From Tubiluchus corallicola (lineage: Eukaryota; Animalia; Priapulida), in contig JAQGDQ010002367.1 in the NCBI GenBank assembly GCA_030141605.1, positions 744,001 to 808,000 on the forward strand: 64,000 nucleotides of DNA, written 5' to 3'. Positions within the stretch are counted from its first letter, which is position 1. Each line of letters starts with the position of its first letter. The position numbers and the translations under genes are program-made. The notes under the pieces are model-generated. The model saw only the letters and a program-made list of their open reading frames with translations, searched no databases and was not told the DNA's origin. Below, one piece after another: positions 28,908-41,000 of the stretch.

Positions 28908-31900
28908 ATGCCTTGTCCTGTAAGTGCCTTGTTCTCTAGTTTTCAATAGTTGAAATAATTAATAAATAATCAGCACAGAGAAAAAAGCCATGGCTATAGA
29001 AAACTGAATGAGAAGCTGTCAAATGCAGCAATAATTAAACATTCATACAACAAAAATGTTGGTGGCAATTAAAAATAATGTGTTAACTAGAATTGCATTT
29101 TAGTGCTTCATCTATTATGCCTATATACTAATCTGTACCTAAAATATTTTAAAGGAAAGCTAAACAGATTAAACACTGACCAGCTTAACTGTGCAGCTGT
29201 TGCAGTGACATTTGCCGTCACTAATGTAAACCAAAAGTTGTGAAGAAAATAACTGGCACTGTAATTAACATGCCATGCAATATAAAAAATCAATTTCACA
29301 ATTAATTAGAAGCAAATTAAGCAACACTCAGCAGTATGGCACAAATCAAGGTTGTTAGGTAATAGGTAATTTCATCTACCTAATTTTATCTGTATTAGGG
29401 ATATATCTTACCTACTTTACCTGTCTGCATGATCAGCTGTATTAATTTATCTCTATGAATATTATACGCATATCGTGTTTCATCACATCTTTGAGTAATT
29501 TGATTTAAAAGTTTTGTTACATTGTGTCTTTTATTACTCTGTTTAGCCAAAGAAAAAGAAAAAGCTCTCTAAAGCTGCTAGACTCAAAAAGAAAAAATTG
29601 GAAGCTGCAAGAAGAGCACAGGAAGAAGGTATTATTTGCAATTAATGGTTTGATTTTCATTTGTTTCTAATTTGCTAAGTTGTTTGTTTAAAAATTAGCT
29701 TCTAATTTATTTGTTTTTCTTTCTTTCTTTTGTTCGTTCTTTCTTTCTTCCTTTCCTTCCTTAAATTCTTTGTTTTTCATCTTTCTTTTTTCCTTCTTTC
29801 TTCGCTTTATTCAGTCTTGCCCTGAGTTATTCACTCATGCATTCATTGACTAGTTCTTCATTTTTTTCATATATTCATTTTTTTTAGTTGCACACACACA
29901 CACATACACATACACACTCAACATGAATATTTTTCAACATTTTATGACCATCATTTGTAAAAATGGCAAAATTATTATACTGTGTCATTAACTGTAAGGA
30001 TTTTCAAATTTTATAATCTTGTCGTGTGCCTACTTTGTCTATGATATACTATATGCAATGTCACTTATAATTCTTGTATAGAAGAAGCCAGGCTTCGAGC
30101 AGAACAGGAGGAGTTGGAACGACAAGAGCGAGAACGAGTCGAAGCAGAAGAAAGACGGAAACAAGAAGCTATTGTAAGTAATTGAATTACTAAGCAAATG
30201 TGATATGCAGAATACTAGTAACAAATTTTATATTTGTACTTCATTTTACATACTTTACAGGTTTACATATGCATGTTATCACTCATAAGTGTAAAGTATC
30301 ACTTGAGCTATATACATATTTAAAATGTGAATACAAATTGCAGTTTGAAACCAATAAAATTAAAAAAAGTCTTTGTTGTTTTCCAGTTTCCTTTTATACG
30401 TAATTTCCTTTTTAAAAACTACGTCAATTGTTAATCTGTAATTTAATCTAATTACTAATCCATTATAAATTATTGTTTGGAATTTGTGCGAAGGCAAAGA
30501 TAAGATGTGTGATATTGCAGTATGAAAAGAGAAAAATTACGCTTAGGTTGAAAGCATTGTTATACTTTTTTTACACATTTCAGGAGCATGAGATCTGGTT
30601 GGTTCAGAATGCTGAATTGGAAACATTTCTTGATAACTATAATTCAAAACTAAATGATTTCAACGACAAACGCCGGAAAGATGAAGCGGTAGTATAATTT
30701 ATTAAAACATGATGAGTGCCTGAGGTATTGCTGTGTTATTGCAATATAACTGTGAAATCAAGTTTCAATTTCAATAAAAAGCAAATATTAATTATTGTAA
30801 AGAAATATAAAGTAAACTAAACCGAAGCAAAGCAGTCAATTTGGGTCAGTTAAATCTTATGAGATCTTTTATCTGTGTTTACATATTTCAGTGGAAGCGA
30901 TATATGGATTGTTGCGGATTACCGGATCCAACCATACCTGGAGAAATTAACACCTACATAAATCAGTGGAGAGAGGATTCCACTCATGACCACATTGATT
31001 CAGTTCTACACGAAAGCGTAAAGGTCCTTAAGGTAGTAATATGTCCTGCTGTAATCCATTCATGTGTTGTATAATATAATGTTATTTACTGCTTAAGATA
31101 TTTACTACTTAAGATATCATTCAGTTGACGCACTGTGCAGTTTGGAAGCAACTGTAAGCTGTACTTGAATTGCATTACAGAACTGTTAAGGACGATGAAC
31201 AAAATAAATTTAGAAACAAGAAACACTTTTCTTTCTTTTATTCACCGACCTATTTACTAACCTGACCCTGCTTAAATTTACACCTGAGTGTAAGAGCACT
31301 ATGGCTGTGACTATGCACTTCAACTGTGCCAACACTCCCCTTTGTCGCATTGTTTACATCCTACTTGTGACATAGGCATTTTTGCTTAACTATTAGCTTC
31401 CACCCAATCTGGGCGTCCTGTTGTAGTCCGCTGTAACGTTACCAACTTAAGCTGATGAGTCTGTTGCTATGAAACTTCTTTACTGTTCTCAATAAAATAG
31501 TTATTTTGGCTAAATATGTGTAGTTGTAGTGTTTCCTGTTAGTGACTTTACATGAGCACACAGGATGACCACCTGGTTGTTTGGTTGTTGTAGCTAGGAT
31601 AATTTTGGACCTTGATATGCATATTAGCTGATTGCTTTCAGTTAGTGTCAGGATATTACAAGCTTGAGCAACTTTTTGGGAAGTATTTTTTTTGTCTAAG
31701 AGCTCTTGTTAGGAAACAGTGTCTCATCTCTTGACACATAATTAGTGGGCAATGGGGCGATGAAATGTTGGTAGCTCAGCATAGCTTATTCTGATTATCT
31801 TCTCTAACAAGTGATTACCCGCATTTAGTGATGTTTGTCGGTATGTGTGTGTCTATCTGTCTGTCTACGGCCATATCACGTTGAAAACACCGGTTCTTGT

Positions 31901-34900
31901 CTGATCACCAAAGTTAAGCAACGTAGAGCCTCGTTAGTACTTGGATGGGTGATCACCTAGGAATACCAGGTGCTGTAGGCTTGCGGGATTGCTCAGCCAC
32001 AGTTGACGCAGCAGCTCCATCAATTTGATCAATAACTGACTCTCTTAGCGCACACTCCATTGTCTTCCGAGACAGAAGGGTGACAACAATATCTGTCTCT
32101 AAGGTCTTCGGACAGGTACAATAAAAAGAAGTTTCATTCACCAAACTTGGCACAGTGATGGGTCTGCAATGGGCAAAATAAGCTAGTTGCTTTTTCTGGT
32201 TCAAAGACACAAGATAAAAAAATCAAAATAAACTTGTTTTTACCCATGCACTGAATTTCATGACAAAGCATAGGCCTGTTTTCATTGTAGTTCTTATTAT
32301 TTTTACGTCAGCTCTAACTTCATTTAGCTTATAGATGAATTGGATTACAAGCTTGCTGACCTACCTAACGAGGGCAATAATGAACTCCGCACTGAGTGCG
32401 AAGAAGTTTCACTGGCATTACAAAGCTTACTTCAAGAAAAGCTAGATGCTGCTACCTATCATCTATTACTGGTATTGATACTTTATTTTTATTATATTAT
32501 GGGTTCTCATTTACGTTGAGCTTTCCACTATGTTTTTAATTCTTTGTAAAGTTTCTGATTTTTAGCGGCTGTGCTGGGATTTCTGGGAATCACTGCAAAA
32601 ACAAATTTTCTTGCTCATTACAAATTAAAACCTAAAACCTGGGTTTAATATATACTGTTTTTAGCTGTTTAAGATTATTCTCTACTAGATATATATAGTA
32701 GTCTGCTTACAATAGTACATTATTAAAGCCAGTGTCATTCTGACATAAAAGCTTGAGCAGCGTGCATTTTTTTATTCGTTTTAAATATATGACACCAATT
32801 GAAATGCATACTCGTCTTCACGCTTATGCTTGACTTGGTTTAAATGGTTCTTTTACAGGAAGCTTCAAACTTGGCTGACTCAGATACTTTGAATATGGAG
32901 AAAGTTTATGGCAATCAACATATTCAACTTTGTATTTGGGGAAATATCAGCAAGAATCCTAGGTGCACTTTGACATTAGTTATGTCATAGGAATGTGAGA
33001 TTTGTTCCAGCCTTTTTAGACAAATAATCATCTTTTTTGCCGTTGCCTTACACCATAATGCCGTAAAAAGTGTCCATAAGAAAGAATTGAAGAAACAATG
33101 TTTCACTCCTTTGTGACTAATAGTTTTTCCTACTGGGTGAGAAACAAAAAAGGTTAAAAGTGCTTTAATACACAATCCACAAAACGGAGAAGAGCGGAAA
33201 GAAACACAAGAATCACTAAACGTAATCATTAATTCTAAGAATACACAACACCAGATAATCAACAAGAAGACAGCAGAGTGGCAGAAATAATCAGTAAAAA
33301 CCACATAATCAGTCCTATAATATGTCCTATTAGTGCTACTGCATTTTTAGTGATTTTTCGTGATATTTTGTGCTTCGCTGTTATTTAGTATTGTTCTAGG
33401 TGAATTAGTAATTGTGTTAGACTTTTTTTGCTTCTTGGTGTGACTTTTTGTGTTACCCCTTTTGTTGCCAGTATTGGAACTTGTAACAATGATACTTAAT
33501 GCTAACATACAGTAGGCGCCGCTTAATAAACTCATGGTTAATAGACTCAATCACTTAATTGACTCAAAAATGCCTGGTATGAGCCACTTCTGTTCAAATG
33601 TACATAAGAACTGTCGGTAATTGACTCAAATAATTCTACATAATTGACTTTTTTGCTTCACATGCTTCAGTAAGACACTTGTATGACTAATAAACTTTTG
33701 CGACTTTTACATCATCTTAGTTTGCTTTTGTCCTATAATATATATAAAAACAATCATGTTAAGTACCGTTTTGTTTGCAAGCAGGAACGTTTATCCTGTG
33801 CTAATATGCTAGCCTGATGGTTTCCTTTGATCCGCCCGTCCATTACAATTAACCTTGTTACTCAAGAATTCCTGGAAGCTAAACATTTAATCACTTGCAT
33901 AGCGGTTTGCTTTTGAAGTTCTAGCTGTCTTAGCCAGAAAGTTTAACAGTTAGATGTTGCTGTTATGCCAGGGATGCAGGTACAGTACAGCAAGTACGTC
34001 ACAATTGTAGAAAGCGGGAACTTAGCTGAAATTACAGATGAAGCTACTTGCGGGGAAAACACGGCACCACCAACAGTTTAAGCACACCAAGCACTAAGTA
34101 TAGTATGAAAATTTGTGCATCATACAACAACAGATTTTCAACGTTTTTATCATTATGAGAACTTTATCAGCCAACTTCTTCGCGATAAAATGAAGCAGCC
34201 GACTTTGAAGAAATTTTTGTAAGTTTTGCAGATGAACAGACTTGTGAGATTTAGAAAACTATACTTTTTAATTTATTGCTAATTCACTTATATAAATTAA
34301 TATTTTAAAACATTTTTTTTCTAACTTTTAACTGCACAAAAGAATTTAGGCATTACTTTATTTCTAAAATTCATTAAAATGCAGTGCATACTAACCTGAT
34401 GGCTCATACTTCTATACCAGTAATACTATACCCTTCAGTTAATAGGTTCAGTCGGTTAATTGACTCAAAACACTTCGGTCCCAAAGTGAGTCTATTTAGC
34501 GGCACCTACTGTATTTGATTCCTTTACACCTTCACTATTTTTGCAATTTTGTACCAGTTTATAATCACGTTTTGCTTTTTCTTCATATATAGTGCTGTTT
34601 TCTGAAAAAAAGTAAGCCAAATTCTTAAGCACTGCCACAAAATTGTGTTTTTTTAATTTGATTATAACTTTCACACTTCTGAGTACAAATTTTTTAAAAA
34701 AAATCCAACCAGTCCTGTACTAAGAAAGTAAGTGTCATCAAATAAGTATCGTCATAAAAATAAGTTTAAGTTTAAGTTTAAGTTTATTGTCATATAAAGT
34801 ACATACAAGTATAACAAAATTATTATTATTTACAAGCGCAATAAAAATGAACTATAGCACGTAAAAAATTGACTCTATAGCTTAGATATTTTGATGACAT

Positions 34901-34950
34901 GGAGGTGTTGAAGTTCACTGACTTATTCACCTGCTTATGTTGCAATGACG

Positions 34951-35027
<77 letters not shown>

Positions 35028-38000
35028 TTATTCATTTCTATATATATATATATATATATTTATCTTTTGTTTGTTGACTAATAAAAATTGTAATAGTAAT
35101 TAAGACAAAATCAATCACGTATCTCAAGCATATGATGGAAGATTTTTACAACCAATGTCAAGCGTCTTAACAGAGACATACACAAACAGCCTCACTTAGC
35201 TTGTCACGAGACATGCATAGCCAACCTCAAGTGCCTGGTTGCTATGTGATTTGTACTGACTAAACATTACTGTTGTTTTTTGATCATTGGATAATATGTT
35301 AACATTAATGTTGATAGGATAAAATCGCATACTTTCAAAGAGCTGAAGTACACATTTGACATACCAAAGTTACTCACAACTGCTAGTGTTGCTGCAAGAA
35401 TTCTTTACACAAGCTATGATCATTATTCTCATCTGTCACACAGTTTTCTGCCAAGGACACAGTTGACTGCTCATACATACGGAGGTAATAACTTCATTAA
35501 GTAAAGCACTTAATACTTCAAAGTTCAAATCAGATTTCTAACAAAGTTTAAATCACAATTAGTCAATGTAATATTTTATTTAAAAGAGAGATAAATTACT
35601 AGGTGTTCTCTTCCTCCCCTTACCAACTTTTTCACTATGTAACTCTGAGAAGCTGTTACCAAATGATCATAGTTTGATCAAAGTTTAACTTCATTCTCGT
35701 TTGCTAAATTCTTTAATTATAGACGCAACAGATCGTTCCATTAAAGCTGAAATTGTAGATGGTGATGTGACTATTGATTCGACTGGAGAAATACAACTAA
35801 CCACCAGCAACGTGTTTGAAAAAAATGGCGCCAACCCTATGACTGCTCCTGATCAGAAAAACGACGAAGTTCGCTCAACCCTTTCTGTAATTAATTTTTA
35901 TTGTTTTCTACAGTAGTTAATAAAATTATAAGACCACTAGTTCCTCAGATGTTGGTCAGGATAGCTATACCCATCCCTAGTTGTTCTTGATCCAGTAGGC
36001 ATGGTTAGTCCATTATTGGACTTTTGATGTCAGCACTCACAATGTGGTCGCACTGGTGTGGTAAAATTTGGCCCATTTTACTATATTTTGCTTTGCCATT
36101 TTATGGCATTTTATTTTCTTAGCAATAATTAATATGTGATTTAGATGTGAATAATCTAATTTTTTGTAAGAAAATGTGCTTTTCTCAGTAAAATTGAATT
36201 CAGGGATACAGTGTTGATGATGTCAGAGTTGTCGAGATGATGACATCAATGGATGTGAGGTTACTAGAAATCCTAATGTACAGTTATGATCCGACCATGC
36301 CTACTGCCTTTCAGTTGGCCATAGACGAATCAAGAACAATTAAAGATATTAATTCCTACCAGCAGTCTGGGGAATAAGTGGCCTTAAGCTTAATAACTGT
36401 AATTAACACATTTAACAACACAAAAATGACTCAAGTTTGATTTTTGTTAGAAATAAAAAAAATCAGCACGACTTAAAAGTAGAAGTTGCTAGACATTAGT
36501 TTTGGATATAATTTTAACTTGACTTGTTAAATTGTTTAGCAAATTATTTGATTTCTGAAACTTTCATATCGTAATTACAACAGAATTTCTTTTCAGGCTG
36601 TTTCGCACATGAGTCAAGTTTCCGATTCTAAGACACCTACAGAGAAGATGTCTAAATCGTCTGTTTCCAGAAGATCCAAAACGAAAGCGTCTTCAACTTC
36701 TGTGTCTAGCAAGGTGCCTAAAGAGAAAAATTCTACAATTTCTGTACCCCGAGCTCGCAGAACAAGATCAGCTTCCAGCAGATCTGTATCATCTCCAGGA
36801 GATGATGAAAGCAGAGTCAGCTTTGGTGATGATGAACTATTAGTTACTAAAAGCTTGGCTCCCACAGTACTTACTGTTGATGGTACGTTGTTTTGGGCTG
36901 TTATGATGTAATCTGTTATTTAAATTCTTTTATGCCATAATACACGTATAAATGCTCTTGTAATGTTCCATTATCATTTTTCAAGAAGCATCTGAAATAT
37001 GAGGAGTGGGGGTCTGTTGAATAGGTAAAGGCCAGACCAGAATTAATGGCTGAATAGGTATTCGGGAGCTTTCTTAAATTTGATGACCACAGAATGTAAT
37101 TCACTGATATATGGAGAAACTGTTTGGCGATTGCTTAATTGTCAGTTTCTATTCTTGTGTTGAATGTCCTGTGTCATTGTTTGGTTGAGTCCTTGTAGTT
37201 GGTTGGATGTACATTTTAACTCTCATAAGTCCTACCATTAAAATATAAAGTATATATGGAAAAAAGGCTATTTAATAATATGAGGATTATAAAAATATAC
37301 TTTGTTTTTTTCCCTTTTAGGCTGATGGACACGGAATAGTAATTTATGGAAAAATAATAATCTTATTCTGCCTTATTTATTGTTCATTATCTAGAAGAAT
37401 GTGGTGGTGGTTTTTTGCATCCATTTGAAACCAATCTTCGTGAATATGCAACAGTAGGCGGAGTCGTCACTTTTGAGTTCATTGCATTGCCGCCGCAACC
37501 TCAATACGTGAAGAAGTGGACGCTAACGCAAGGTAAATGGGGGAATAAATAACAATTACTTAATGCAAATAAAGCACATACTTTATTTTAAAGTATACAA
37601 TGTGCAATACTTGTTTGAGTTGGGTATAGATATATTGATACTGATTAATTTGATTTGTTCATACACACGTATTTTCATGAGTTGCATATTTTCTCGCCGT
37701 ATTTCAACAACCAACACAACTGAGAGCACGTTGGTTCTTTACATCCCCTGACTTCCCAGGGCTCCACGTCAGAATTCTGACAATTGGAGCTATAATGTTA
37801 TAAAGGCAGGTTTTATCTAGAAAAATGATAAGTGTAGATGTTAGGTGATTGGTGACAATTTTTTTGGACAATGTAATAATCCTGTGCTCAAATATGTATA
37901 CCCTAGAAATTGCCAAAAATATCAGCACTTGTCGTAGGAAGTTTAGATGTGAAAAATGTTTGACATTATTTGACTAGGGGGCACCCCTGGGAAATCCATA

Positions 38001-41000
38001 TTTTGCCAAAGAGAATGACCTTGTGTCAGATGTCAAGACCGATCTAGATGTCAAAAATGAGAGTCAGAAAACACAGCGTGTTTATGTTTGGATTATCTTT
38101 TGTTCATTTACAACCCTAACCCACTTGAGCAAGGCGAGGAATCACATCCCTTTATGCCCTCGGGGTGTCTAGACCATTCAGGCAGTGATACAGACAGTGA
38201 GAAGTGTCTCACTAGCTATGCAGTATATCACTCACAAAATTTATAGAGCATATACTATAAATCAGTGAACTCCATCAAGTCTTTTTCTCTAACATACCGT
38301 GTGACCCAAAACAAAATTTAAAAGGGTGGTGGGTTGAAAACCGGAATCTGTAATAAGCAACAGATTATATTTTCAGAGTTAAAGAGGGCTAGACAAAGTC
38401 TTCAAATTTTTGTAAAATTTTAATAGCCGACTGTCAATCATTCTCAAAAACAGTACCTAAAATAGGACGACCTCCTCAGTTGCTATATGTCCCAAAAACT
38501 TATGCGTGTCGCCAGATGGTTTACACACATCTCGTATTTCGGTATGATAAACACGGAGTTAGAAAACACAGCGCCTTTATGTTTACATTATATTTTGTTA
38601 TACTTGATGATAGGTAGGTAATCCTGTCTAGAGAACTCAACTTAATTTGTGGCATTTTGCCTTATTCATACTGGGAGTGAAACAGCTAGATACAGCCTTT
38701 CTTTAATTTTTTAAAGCAGCAGGGGATACATGTAATACATTCATTTCTTTGAATGTTCCTCACCTTGCTGCTGAGTGTATTAGATAGCATCGATGCACTG
38801 CTGTAAATCCCCTAACTCTCATGTTTGACATCTTCAGGATGGCTCTAACTTCCCACTCTAATTCCTTATTCTGACTTGTGTATCAAAAGAGAAACAAGAA
38901 AAAGGAGTTCATGAAGTAGGTTTCAGAACAGTCTTGCTTTAAGTTGCAAGTCACTGTAGTGTGAATATTCCAGAGAAAGCAAACATATTCTTTACAGAAT
39001 GCCAGCTTTTTAGTATGACTGATGAAGAAAGTACTTTGCAATCACCAGTGTGGCTAGCTGTATTGTAGCTGTGATGGTCCCCCATCCAGCAGATTACTGC
39101 AACTAATTATTTTTCACTTTAAGTATTAATCTTAACGGTATCACGAATTGTTTACCTAATGATTGATAATATTGATGTATTGATTTTTATGTTCCAATCT
39201 TGTGCTGCCATCTTTAGTCAAGAGTAGCATTATTTTCGATGAAGTTATCATTAAATGAAGCCTTTTTCTGTTAAGCTACCTTAAATATGTAATTGGGCAG
39301 AAGAAGATGAAATTCGTTTCGTTTCAACATGACTTGTATTTTTCAAGCGAAAATACGTTTAGCAACAATTTTTTCCATGATAATATTATGCCCGTGTTTG
39401 AACAAATGTGAAAGCTTCGTCGCTGTACTACTGAGGTCACTTCACCCAGAACTCGTTTCTGATTGGTCGGCTAGCTTTTGAGGGCTGGATATTAGACATA
39501 TTGGCCTACGTGGCGGGGAGAGTAGAATGGCCGTGTTGAAAAATGGTCTGATATAACTATATCATGGTTTCTTTTACGATGATTGAACAAGAAAATGGAT
39601 GGTTTGTTCATTACTATGTTCTTTTTATTCATTGGTGAACGCTGTTCCTCTTTTGTTGGTGAAACCTCGTCAGTTACGCAACTGCTGAGAGACATTTGTT
39701 AAATTAGGCATTCGTTACATAGCCTAATCACCTCCTCGTTGGATAAAGATATTGTCACCTTTGACTTCACGTTCGATGATCTAAATCGCTTCCGTTCTGT
39801 GTGGGAACTCGGAGGAGATGATCTTCTCATTATCCGATCTCCAGAGACTCTACTACGTGTCCGGCCTGTTGGAGGGAAAGCTGTGTAAACCGAATTCTGC
39901 TGCATTACCACAACGTGCGTGAGGAAGGACCGGTCTTACCCAAGTACTGGAGGAGACCTCGCCTTGTATGCAGGACGTCACGTGAGCGCAAGAAGTATTA
40001 CAATATTCATATGTTACTATGTTATTTGTCAGCTAAATTAGACTGATTCATTGCAGTAACGATGTGGATTTAATTGTTTTACTCAGGTAACGATAATTAC
40101 TTAATGCCTAATATGGGCACATTATGTTCAAATGTTACATTGGTGTCAGAAGTTTTACCGAGTTTAATATTAATAGTATATAATTGATATTGCCTTCCTA
40201 TTAGCACTTAAATGCAGTGGAACTGCTACGTTGGTTGTGAAACTGTCATAATTTTCAACCTGTTGCATAAATATTAGTAATTTGCTTAAACTGATTAAGC
40301 GTCTTGTAAGCTTTTGGTAACTGTGAAAGATATCACGTTAATTCACTGGAATTTTCCCAAGAATTTATTCAGTACAGGCTGTATAATCTAATCTGTTTCT
40401 CTACACTAGGTATAGCCATTTCTAGGTCAATTTTACCTTGCTCATACGTTAGCTTTGCTGCTTGTTTATAAAATCAAGTTGTGAGAAAAATATTTTGTCC
40501 GGGTCGGGCAGATAGCTGGTTCAAGGTCGCCAAAACTTGAACGTGGTTTCGCAGCAGTTATAACAGCAGCGAAAACGGTTTAATAAGATTATTTTTCCAA
40601 ACTTGCTTTTAACATTTCGCATAAATTATTTTTGCCCTGCCAAAAAGTCGGTTGATAGTAGCTAACGCTGATGTGTAAAGTGAGAGTGAGTGAGAGTGGT
40701 TAAACATAGATTTACTCCTTACTTTGTGTACCTACTTGGCAGTCTGTAGTCATCTTGCAAAGTATAAAAATGTCTGATGTTAGATACAAACTTTCAGAGT
40801 TAATGACTCTTAATAAAGAGCAGTTGCAGAATATTGTAGCAGAACTACATCTCTTAGTCGACCCTACTTCGAGACGGGCTGTTTTAATTACTGCCATTCT
40901 CAAGGCCGCGGGTTGCCCTGAAGAGGGAAAACGTGATGAGGGTGCAGAACTTGACACTTTCGACGCGGGTATGAATCAGCCTTTACTATGCGCGGAAGCC

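Noticed and set aside
31863-31982. Functional 5S rRNA gene
   Set aside because: Isolated, with CpG-type substitutions at conserved positions and no Pol III terminator.
39492-39911. Duplicated minus-strand ORFs (also 45670-46089)
   Set aside because: The duplication is explained by the LTRs; non-ATG starts and no motifs.
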